Origin: Spirochaetaceae bacterium 4572_59
Lineage (GTDB): Bacteria > Spirochaetota > Spirochaetia > DSM-2461
Length of the DNA stretch: 64,000 nucleotides
NCBI GenBank assembly: GCA_002084805.1
Contig: NBMC01000005.1
Span: 29,520 to 93,519, forward strand
Reading direction: 5' to 3'
Shown: in pieces, positions 56,671 to 64,000 of the stretch
How positions within the stretch are numbered: the first letter of the stretch is position 1
Layout of the letters: the number at the start of each line of letters is the position of its first letter
The notes under the pieces: generated by a model
What the model was told of the DNA's origin: nothing
Seen by the model: only the letters and a program-made list of their open reading frames with translations
Databases searched by the model: none
Made by a program: the position numbers and the translations under genes

Positions 56671-57895
56671 TTTTCTTAGGCTTTTTGGGAGGAAAAGGCC
56701 GGGTATCCAGTAGCGATTCGGGCAGAGCCGGATCCATCTCAAAACCCTCCACCAGACAGCGGGGAATCAGCTGTTTAATGAGCCGCTCAATATCCTTAAG
56801 CTTATCAAATTCCTCAAAACTGACAAAGGAGACAGCTTCACCCACTCTGCCTGCACGCCCTGTACGCCCGATCCGGTGGATATAATCCTCTTTCAGATGG
56901 GGGAGATCAAAATTAACTACCAGAGGGAGCTGGTCAATATCCAGTCCACGGGCGGCCAGATCTGTTGCCACCAGGATGGAACCCTTATCTTTTTTAAACT
57001 CTGCTAGAGCCTTGGTTCTGGCACCCTGGGTTTTATCTCCATGAATGGCGGCAGCCAGAAAGCCCTTGGCTTCCAGTTTGCGACAGAGGCGGTCTGCTCT
57101 GTTCTTTGTTTTGACAAAAACCAGAATTTTCCCCCAGCTATTGGCATCAATCTGATTCATAAAGAGTTCTGTTTTTCTCATCTTGTCTACGGGATAGATT
57201 TTCTGATCGATCGCTTCGATGGTAAGCTCTTTGCTTTCTACGGTAATTTCCACGGGTTCCGTCACAATAACACGGGCAAGAGTACGAATTCCCTCCGTAA
57301 AAGTTGCGGTAAACATAAGGGTCTGTCGTTTGACGGGAAAAAGAGAGAAAAGCTCTTCGATTTCCTCTTTAAAACCAAGATTGAGCATGCGATCTGCTTC
57401 GTCCAGGATCAGCATCTCAAGCCTGGTAAAAATAACCGCATTCTGCCGGTGAAGGTCCAGAAGTCTACCGGGGGTCGCCACGAGAATATCCACTCCCCGG
57501 CTCAGACGAATCATCTGAGGATTGATCTTGATACCCCCATAGGCAACAGTAGAACGCAGTTCCAGAAAACGGCCGTAATTGACAACACTGTCATAGACCT
57601 GAGCCGCCAGTTCCCTTGTAGGCACCAGAATAAGGGCTCTTATCTTATTAGGACCTGCCTTTCTACCCTCTGATAGCTTTTGAAGCATGGGAAGAGTATA
57701 GGCTGCGGTCTTACCCGTACCTGTCTGTGCGGCCGCCAGAACATCACTACCTGCTAAAACGGCGGGAATGGTCTGCTCCTGTATAGGAGAGGGTACATTA
57801 TATTCTTTAACCTTAAGAGCATTCAGTATGGAATCAGACAGCCTCAAAGAACGAAAAGAACCAGTTTGTTCTTTTTCACATTTTTTATCAGTCAT
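56639..57895 (-). CDS. DEAD-box ATP-dependent RNA helicase (RhlE-like) with basic C-terminal tail
   Basis: 418 aa with a Q motif, AQTGTGKT, DEAD (LILDEADRML), SAT-like FTAT and HRIGRTGRAG. It ends in KKPKKTKKPSRRARE. Confidence 0.92.
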   Translation of the reverse strand: MTDKKCEKEQTGSFRSLRLSDSILNALKVKEYNVPSPIQEQTIPAVLAGSDVLAAAQTGTGKTAAYTLPMLQKLSEGRKAGPNKIRALILVPTRELAAQVYDSVVNYGRFLELRSTVAYGGIKINPQMIRLSRGVDILVATPGRLLDLHRQNAVIFTRLEMLILDEADRMLNLGFKEEIEELFSLFPVKRQTLMFTATFTEGIRTLARVIVTEPVEITVESKELTIEAIDQKIYPVDKMRKTELFMNQIDANSWGKILVFVKTKNRADRLCRKLEAKGFLAAAIHGDKTQGARTKALAEFKKDKGSILVATDLAARGLDIDQLPLVVNFDLPHLKEDYIHRIGRTGRAGRVGEAVSFVSFEEFDKLKDIERLIKQLIPRCLVEGFEMDPALPESLLDTRPFPPKKPKKTKKPSRRARE

Positions 57896-59261
57896 GGCGC
57901 ATTGCCTTAAATATCCGGCCTTTGATAGGCTTCTCTTCCAGAAGTTTCATTGCTTTTACTGCAGATTCCCGCTTTACAGCAACAAAGGTTATAAAATCCA
58001 GACGGTCAATCTTGCCGACATCCGTACCGGGAATGCCGTCTTTAACAGTCAGGGCACCCAGAAGGTCTCCGGGGCTGATCTTGTTCTTTCTCCCTCCATT
58101 GATGGAGAGGGTTACCATGGCTGCCTCGGGGATGAATGGGGTCTCTTCTTTCGAGGGGATAGGTTCAGGCTCATAGCTGCTGTGCAGATGCTCATTGATC
58201 TGATCCAGCCGGAAGTTCTGCCCACTGCGGATCATAGAGAAGGCAAGCCCCTCTTTTCCGGCCCGGCCTGTTCTGCCGATTCTATGGACATAGGTTTCTG
58301 TTTCAAAGGGGAGATCATAGTTGATCACAGCCCCGAGGTCATCGATATCCAGACCACGGGCGGCCACATCTGTCGCCACCAATACTCGGGAGCTGCCGTT
58401 GGAAAAGCGAATCAGGACCTCTGTCCTCTCCTTCTGTTCCAGATCTCCGTGAATTGCAAGACTATGCAGTCCTGCCTTGTTGAGCTCGATAACCACTCTG
58501 CGACAGGCATCTTTTGTATTACAGAAGATAAGGGTCGATTCGGGCTTATACTTATCCAGAATGGACAGAATAACAGGCTCTCTCTTTCCCTTTTGAATTT
58601 CATAGAAGTGCTGAGAAATAACTGTCTCATCGTGCTGAGTCTCTACAGTGATCTCTTTGGGATCATTTTGCAGGGTGCGGCTCATGACTTTGATTTCATC
58701 TGAAAATGTAGCAGAGAAGCAGAGAAGCTGTTTCTTATCGGGAGCATAGGAGAGGATATCCACCATCTCATCGAGAAAGCCCATATCCAGCATACGGTCC
58801 GCCTCATCCAAAACAACTGATGTCAGCTCATCCAGAATCAGGGTTCTTCTTTGCAAAAGCTTATGAATACGACCGGGAGTTCCCACAACAATATGAGCCT
58901 GATGACTCAGGGAGTGTTCCTGCTTCTCCAAGGGAAAACCACCGGTAATTTTCAGTATTTTAATATTATGTTTGAACCGGGCAATCCGCCGCAGTTCGTC
59001 CGTGACCTGTTCGGCCAGTTCCCTTGTAGGGCATATAACAAGACTCTGCACCCGGTAGCGTTCGATAATGAGATTCTGCAAGATACCAATGCCAAAAGCG
59101 GCAGTTTTACCGCTTCCTGTTTTAGCCTGTGCGAGTATATCCTTATTCTTCAGGATAAGAGGAATAGTGGCTTCCTGAATGGCTGTCATCATATGATAAT
59201 TGAGATTAGTAAGATTGTCTAACATGTCCTTGTCTAGGGACAGAGCTTTAAATGGATTCAT
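57888..59261 (-). CDS. dbpA: DEAD-box ATP-dependent RNA helicase, DbpA-like
   Basis: 457 aa with AKTGSGKT, VVLDEADRMLDMGF and HRIGRTGRAG. The C-terminal DbpA-type RNA-binding domain reads MVTLSINGGRKNKISPGDLLGALT.... Confidence 0.82.
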   Translation of the reverse strand: MNPFKALSLDKDMLDNLTNLNYHMMTAIQEATIPLILKNKDILAQAKTGSGKTAAFGIGILQNLIIERYRVQSLVICPTRELAEQVTDELRRIARFKHNIKILKITGGFPLEKQEHSLSHQAHIVVGTPGRIHKLLQRRTLILDELTSVVLDEADRMLDMGFLDEMVDILSYAPDKKQLLCFSATFSDEIKVMSRTLQNDPKEITVETQHDETVISQHFYEIQKGKREPVILSILDKYKPESTLIFCNTKDACRRVVIELNKAGLHSLAIHGDLEQKERTEVLIRFSNGSSRVLVATDVAARGLDIDDLGAVINYDLPFETETYVHRIGRTGRAGKEGLAFSMIRSGQNFRLDQINEHLHSSYEPEPIPSKEETPFIPEAAMVTLSINGGRKNKISPGDLLGALTVKDGIPGTDVGKIDRLDFITFVAVKRESAVKAMKLLEEKPIKGRIFKAMRHD

Positions 59262-59378
59262 ACCTTCGAAAATAACATGGATTCATAGGCCTGTACAACG
59301 ACATACTCTTTCAGTTCAATGATTAAATGTGTAGAATAAATAAACAAGCTCTTTACACTTCAAAGATGGACATCAATT

Positions 59379-59744
59379 ATGAAAAATAGGAATAATTATT
59401 TGTAATCGTTACAAAAGCTGTGCCGGAGGTAAGTGCTTCCGAGCGATGCAGAATCGGGAAGGGGCATTTGATATTTATAGCAAGGATTTGGAGCTGGAGA
59501 TTGGCGGTTATAGCAGCTGTGGAGGCTGTCCCGGCGGAAACATAGAAACATGCCCGAAGAGATGATAAAAAACGGTGTGGAGGCCATCCATTTAGCCACG
59601 GGTCTTGTTGTCGGCTACCCGCCCTGCCCGTTCATTTCCTATTTCAAAAAGTTTATTAAAGAGAACTACAAGATTCCTGTTGTGATAGGAACTCATCCCA
59701 TACCACAGAAATATTTGATAAACCATAACAAGCTAGAAAGCTGA
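59379..59744 (+). pseudogene. CGGC-domain protein gene with two frameshifts
   Basis: ATG then an A5 run (59382-86), with a stop after 8 codons. The +1 frame reads KIGIIICNRYKSCAGGKCFRAMQNREGAFDIYSKDLELEIGGYSSCGGCPGGNIE. A second shift near 59545 leads to MPEEMIKNGVEAIHLATGLVVGYPPCPFISYFKKFIKENYKIPVVIGTHPIP. Confidence 0.65.
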
Positions 59745-59862
59745 AATAGTCCTGAATGGCAGGAATTGATTAAACCCAGCATGAGCAGTGAAAAGATCCG
59801 GATCAGCTATAACTAAACCGGATCATTATACTCAACAATCAGCGACTAGCCCAGCACTCGAG

Positions 59863-60654
59863 CTAAGCAGCCATAAAGGCATTGACGGCCATTAACACTG
59901 CCGCAACCAGGGTGGTATAGGCAAAAATCTTTTTCAGATGAACCGATTTGGTTTTAACCGCTAACTTACCACCAATGATGCCACCCACCAGAGCGAATGC
60001 AGCTATAGGGATAGCCATTTGCGGATTAAAATGTCCGCTGGCACTGTGACCGATAAAGCCCATAAGGGCTGTTGCTGCCACCATTGCAGATGATGTTCCC
60101 ACGGCAATAGGCATAGGAACTCCACAGAGTAGAACCATGAGAGGAACCTTAAAGGATCCTCCAGAAATACCGAGTGCTCCCGAGGCAAGCCCGACAAGGG
60201 CTGTAACGGGAATGGCAATCCAGAGGTTCACCACATAGGAGTGTCCCCCGAAGGTTCTGTGCCAGTAACCCAAAGTTTTAGGCTTATCAATTGGTTTCTC
60301 ATTGACTTTCATAAGCATCAGAAAACCTGCAATCACCAGTAAACCTGAAAAAACAAATTTCAGGGTAGTACCACCTATATACTCCGAGAAGTATCCGCCC
60401 ACAAAAGCCATAATGTCTGTAGGTGGATCGATTATAAGAGCCAGCTTCCAGTCCACAAGCTTATGCTTATGGAATATCAACATCCCTGAAAGAGCGGTGA
60501 TCATCAGGATAAACTGACCTGTCGTTGCCGCCTCGTACATGGAATGACCGGCTATAACAAGGGCAACTACATAGAAGTTGCCCCCGCCACGACCGGACAT
60601 GGTCATAACCACTGCGATGGCAAAAACGATGAGAGATATGATTAGAAACTCCAT
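59863..60654 (-). CDS. sulfite exporter TauE/SafE family membrane protein
   Basis: 263 aa with about 8 TM segments. It shows the duplicated TauE pattern with GGGNFYV and GISGGSFKVPLM. Confidence 0.85.
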   Translation of the reverse strand: MEFLIISLIVFAIAVVMTMSGRGGGNFYVVALVIAGHSMYEAATTGQFILMITALSGMLIFHKHKLVDWKLALIIDPPTDIMAFVGGYFSEYIGGTTLKFVFSGLLVIAGFLMLMKVNEKPIDKPKTLGYWHRTFGGHSYVVNLWIAIPVTALVGLASGALGISGGSFKVPLMVLLCGVPMPIAVGTSSAMVAATALMGFIGHSASGHFNPQMAIPIAAFALVGGIIGGKLAVKTKSVHLKKIFAYTTLVAAVLMAVNAFMAA

Positions 60655-60655
60655 A

Positions 60656-61051
60656 TTAAAGGAGACCTTTTATAGTTTTAAGAACTTTCCCCGGTTTCAG
60701 TTCGGCTACGAGCTCGGTATATCCGCCTTCTACAACGCGGACGTTTTCATAGCCTAATGCTTTCAGATAGAAATAGACCATAACAGAGCGATTACCGGAT
60801 GCACAGAAAACACCGACATTCTTATCTTTGGGGATGTCCCCAAGACGTGCGGGGATTTGATCAATGGGAATGTGCAGAGATTTCTGGTGAAACTCCAGAT
60901 CAAACTTCAGAGTCTTGTACTCTTCGTCCGAACGGATATCCAAAAAGATAGCATCCTTGTCTGCAAGTTGTTTTGCTGCAGGAATTTTATGTTTGGCATT
61001 TCCGAAAAAGTCAAATGTCATTGATTCGAGTACTTTGTTCATGTTTTCCAT
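60656..61051 (-). CDS. rhodanese-like domain protein
   Basis: 131 aa with LDIRSDEEY and active-site loop CASGNRS. It lies 1 nt upstream of the TauE gene. Confidence 0.85.
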   Translation of the reverse strand: MENMNKVLESMTFDFFGNAKHKIPAAKQLADKDAIFLDIRSDEEYKTLKFDLEFHQKSLHIPIDQIPARLGDIPKDKNVGVFCASGNRSVMVYFYLKALGYENVRVVEGGYTELVAELKPGKVLKTIKGLL

Positions 61052-61106
61052 ATTTTTTCCTTATAAAAATTTATTGTCAGATTCAAAATATTTCACTAGG
61101 GCCGAC

Positions 61107-61649
61107 TCAGTTTCCCGTTAGTTCCGCTGCCCTCTCCAGCTGGAGGGTTCTTTGTTGATGGGATAAACTGAGATTGATTATCAGAGCAATCATGATAATC
61201 CCCGAGATACTTACAAACAGACGTGATACAGCAAAACGGGCTCCCATGGCATTGAACTCAAAGAGAAACATTGGAATTTTTGTGGTAGACCAGGCACCGA
61301 TAAAAATCAGGATATTAAAAAGACTGCTCCCTTTTTTTGCCATAACAGCGGCAACAGGAAAAGCACCGTAGAGAGGTCCTGCCGCGGCAGAACCCAGAAA
61401 AAACGCCATAAGGATTCCTTTTATCCCGGAACCTTCTCCCAAGTGACGGGTAATATATTCCCGGGGGACCCAGACATCGAACAGGCCGAGAAGAATAAAC
61501 ACCGGTGGAATGACAAAAAGCATTGTTTTCAACTGATCCATCAGGGATTGAACAGCTTTAGAACTCTTTGCCGGCACAAATATCAGTACAGAAAGAAAGA
61601 GAATTACCATAATAATGGCGGGACGGAAACGTTTTACTAACTTTTTCAT
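61107..61649 (-). CDS. permease, second half of a split (two-gene) DUF318/ArsP-like permease
   Basis: 180 aa with multiple TM segments. Its ATG overlaps the stop of the upstream half. Confidence 0.7.
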   Translation of the reverse strand: MKKLVKRFRPAIIMVILFLSVLIFVPAKSSKAVQSLMDQLKTMLFVIPPVFILLGLFDVWVPREYITRHLGEGSGIKGILMAFFLGSAAAGPLYGAFPVAAVMAKKGSSLFNILIFIGAWSTTKIPMFLFEFNAMGARFAVSRLFVSISGIIMIALIINLSLSHQQRTLQLERAAELTGN

Positions 61650-62176
61650 AAGGAGACCCCCCAGGAGACAACGGCTGCCGCCACAAAGGCAAACAGGAAG
61701 GCGATAATATTTCTCATTAAGGTAATCTTCTTTCCAAAAAATGAGATTTCCAGGGGAATGGTGACAACACCAACCATCATAAGAGAGGACACAAAGGCTG
61801 CCAGCTGGGCAACACCTGCTCCGTTTTTTAAAAGCTCAGCCGCTGCAGGGAAGGCAATAAAGCCGGGAATAAGTGTAATGCTTCCAATAAGAGAGGCTCC
61901 CAGAACTCCCAAGAACCCAGAGCGGTCACCAATAAGACCTGAGATCAGCTCCGTATCAAAGAACGCAAGCAGAATTGAAACAATCATTAAAACAGCTAAA
62001 AACTGTGGCAGAATATTATTCAGCGATTTGATGGCTTTTTTCAAGGCCATTTTTGTTTTCTTCCTGTCTTTAACAAGAGAGAAGAAAAGTGCCCCTAGGG
62101 CAAGAATATATAAAATAAGGGTACTCAAAGAATCCTCCAGAAGATATTGTTTCCATTTTAAGAAACTTTTAAACAT
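61646..62176 (-). CDS. permease, first half of a split DUF318/ArsP-like permease
   Basis: 176 aa with multiple TM segments (GSITLIPGFIAFPAAAELLKNGAG). Confidence 0.7.
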   Translation of the reverse strand: MFKSFLKWKQYLLEDSLSTLILYILALGALFFSLVKDRKKTKMALKKAIKSLNNILPQFLAVLMIVSILLAFFDTELISGLIGDRSGFLGVLGASLIGSITLIPGFIAFPAAAELLKNGAGVAQLAAFVSSLMMVGVVTIPLEISFFGKKITLMRNIIAFLFAFVAAAVVSWGVSL

Positions 62177-62221
62177 TAAGTCAAGGGCATATGCACATAT
62201 TTGTTTTCATATATACTATAT

Positions 62222-63733
62222 TTACAGGTCAAGACAGTTATCACAATGCCCACAGTCCTCTTCTCCGGGAAATCCGAAATACTCCTCGATACCCGCAAAA
62301 CGGCAGCTTTCACTGCGAAAGTAGTTCACAATACCCAGCAGTTTCTTCCTGTCATGCATAATCCCCTCATCATGCCGTTCCTGATCGGTCAATTCCGGAG
62401 GCAGTTCTCCCATAATCGTTAAATTTTTCTGAGGAATGGAACCACTGAGAACTCCATAGCGCTCCATCAGGCCCAGAGCGGTTTCCAGACGGAAATCGAA
62501 GCGATTTTTATAGACAAGCTGATCATTCAGGTAGTCACGGCCAAAGGCATTCACCTTATCCATGTTCTTTTGCAGAAACTGATGGAGTTTCTCATAATAG
62601 GAGGGTTCGGGATTAGACCATTTGATAAAATCCATATGAATGGTCAGATCATCCTGATTATAGAGCAGGAAGCAGAGGGCTGGTTTACCGTCACGCCCTG
62701 CCCGGCCTATCTCCTGATAGTAGGATTCGATACTCCCGGGGATTTCCGCATGGACAATAAGCCTGATATCCGCCTTATCGATGCCCATACCAAAGGCATT
62801 TGTCGCCAGGACCAGTTCCTGTTCTTTCATAAAAATATTCTGAACATCCCGGCGTTCTCTCTGTGGCAGTTTGCCATGATATGTCAGATGAGAGATTTTC
62901 TTTCTGTCCAGGAGTTCGGAGAAGTTCTCCAGAGTCCGGATCAAGGCAAAATAGATAATGCCACTCCCGGGGTTTTCTTCAATAAGTGTGAGGATCTTGG
63001 CTATCTTGGCGTCTTCGTCCAACATCTCTTCCGCTTCCAAACGGAGATTGGGTCTTTTAATACCCTGGTGAAAGATTTTTACCTCATCCTGCTCCAGACC
63101 GAGACATCTGACAATATCTTTTTGGACCTCGGGAGTGGCACTGGCAGTCAGGGCAATGGTCAGAGGATTACCCAGGGCTTCCCGGAACTCTCCGATACGG
63201 CTGTAATCGGGACGGAAGTCAGAGCCCCAGACGGAGATACAGTGGGCCTCATCCACAGCCAGCAGGGAGATATCCGCCTGCCGGATGCTTCTCATAAAGT
63301 CCGGTTTTTTGAAACGCTCGGGAGTGATATAGAGAATCTTTATCTTCCCTGAGACAAACTGTTCCAGCCGCTTCTCTTTCTTTTCACGGGATACAGTGGA
63401 GTTGATAAAGGCGGCTTTGATTCCCCGGCTTTTCAGGCTGTCCACCTGATCCTTCATCAGAGAGATCAGAGGGCTGATCACAAGGGTCCCCCCGGGCAGA
63501 CAGAGAGATGGGACCTGATAACAGAGGGATTTTCCCGCCCCTGTCGGCATCAGGACAAGACAGTGATTACCAGATCCTGAGAGGAGACGGTTTATGATGA
63601 TCTCCTGATTCCCCCGGAAGGAAGGATGGGAGAAGTATTTTTTCAGGACCTTTTCAGCTTCGGTTTCGGAATTCATAAGGCAGAAATTAGCATGAATGGT
63701 CCTCATGGTCCAGCAGGCGTTTTGATCCTTCAA
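62222..63733 (-). CDS. RecQ-family ATP-dependent DNA helicase (short form)
   Basis: 503 aa for the maximal ORF (TTG start). By alignment with the paralog, the likelier start is Met at 63676 (MNSETEAEKVLKKYFSHPSFRGNQ). Motifs are PTGAGKSLCYQVPS, AVDEAHCISVWGSDFRPDY and TNAFGMGIDK, with a C-terminal CGHCDNC. Confidence 0.9.
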   Translation of the reverse strand: MKDQNACWTMRTIHANFCLMNSETEAEKVLKKYFSHPSFRGNQEIIINRLLSGSGNHCLVLMPTGAGKSLCYQVPSLCLPGGTLVISPLISLMKDQVDSLKSRGIKAAFINSTVSREKKEKRLEQFVSGKIKILYITPERFKKPDFMRSIRQADISLLAVDEAHCISVWGSDFRPDYSRIGEFREALGNPLTIALTASATPEVQKDIVRCLGLEQDEVKIFHQGIKRPNLRLEAEEMLDEDAKIAKILTLIEENPGSGIIYFALIRTLENFSELLDRKKISHLTYHGKLPQRERRDVQNIFMKEQELVLATNAFGMGIDKADIRLIVHAEIPGSIESYYQEIGRAGRDGKPALCFLLYNQDDLTIHMDFIKWSNPEPSYYEKLHQFLQKNMDKVNAFGRDYLNDQLVYKNRFDFRLETALGLMERYGVLSGSIPQKNLTIMGELPPELTDQERHDEGIMHDRKKLLGIVNYFRSESCRFAGIEEYFGFPGEEDCGHCDNCLDL

Positions 63734-63768
63734 GCTCTCATAGAGGAGTCCTCCCTAGTCAGGGTATT

Positions 63769-64000
63769 TCATGGAAGCAGATCATACAAAGAGTAGTTTC
63801 CCCGCAATGACTGACATTCTTTATCCCGAAACTGCTTCCACCGGATGAGAAAGTCCTCCCTCTCCAGAACTTTTGCTCCCAGATGGTGCTTATACTCCAT
63901 TTCCGAGTGTCCCAGATTCCAGAAGGCAAACTCCTTCTGCCGTAAAAGCATGGCAAGGAGAACCAGCTGAAGGCTACCGCAGTTTTTATGCTCACTGTCC
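63769..64000 (-). CDS. C-terminal part of a gene running off the right edge; weakly leucyl/phenylalanyl-tRNA-protein transferase-like
   Basis: Frame open to the window end: DSEHKNCGSLQLVLLAMLLRQKEFAFWNLGHSEMEYKHHLGAKVLEREDFLIRWKQF.... The pattern ...HLGA...R.DFL resembles the Aat C-terminus. The assignment is tentative. Confidence 0.35.
   Translation of the reverse strand, partial: DSEHKNCGSLQLVLLAMLLRQKEFAFWNLGHSEMEYKHHLGAKVLEREDFLIRWKQFRDKECQSLRGNYSLYDLLP

Noticed and set aside
57768-58703. 311-aa plus-strand ORF
   Set aside because: It is antisense to the DbpA-like helicase. It has no motifs and overlaps two real genes.
59742-59744. In-frame TGA in the CGGC-domain gene as a selenocysteine codon
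   Set aside because: The gene already carries two frameshifts and I saw no SECIS-like hairpin immediately downstream. A nonsense or native stop is simpler.
62570-63352. 260-aa plus-strand ORF
   Set aside because: It is antisense to the short RecQ gene, whose frame carries the DEAH box.
63759-63995. 78-aa minus-strand ORF in an alternative frame at the right edge
   Set aside because: The overlapping frame (63769 to the window end) is open to the edge and has a more protein-like sequence. The 78-aa product is Ser/Trp/Phe-rich with no motif.

Overview
This window is mostly core genome from a diderm bacterium. Gene order (tamB-bamA-skp) and the tmRNA tag suggest a spirochaete; that is inference, not a database result.

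Main blocks, mostly on the minus strand:
- Translation and RNA: rimP-nusA-infB-rbfA-truB, then rpsO-pnp-dut.
- Repair and envelope: comF-like and mutS, then an envelope-biogenesis block (barrel-like OMP, TonB-C-like protein, tamB, bamA, skp).
- Other housekeeping: tmk; queA-ruvB-ruvA-ruvC-yebC; hemW and lepB; smpB and a 378-nt tmRNA.
- Signalling and sugar uptake: a PocR/degenerate-GGDEF/EAL protein. An AraR-type regulator sits divergent from a sugar ABC operon that ends in an HD-glycosyltransferase fusion and an unknown TIM-barrel-like protein.
- Right half: a CoADR/NADH-oxidase-like flavoprotein with a DUF5320-like partner; an HTH-EIIA regulator coupled to a CBS-domain cation/proton antiporter; a 924-aa HEXXH/propeller/barrel protein; two RecQ-family and two DEAD-box helicases; a formate/nitrite transporter; a FliB-like protein; and a rhodanese/TauE/split-permease cluster.

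I found no CRISPR array, transposase, integrase, prophage or recognisable defence system.

The most unusual signals:
1. At least eight decayed gene remnants. One is an in-frame ghost copy of the HTH-EIIA/antiporter locus, made by deletions that look microhomology-mediated.
2. The HTH-EIIA/antiporter module itself, with helically phased repeats upstream.
3. The HD-GT fusion operon.
4. A near-perfect 33-bp tandem array that encodes a GYQ/RGG low-complexity tract in IF-2.
5. Phased palindromic GAATATTC boxes upstream of the c-di-GMP gene.

All functional calls come from motif recognition by eye. No searches were run.
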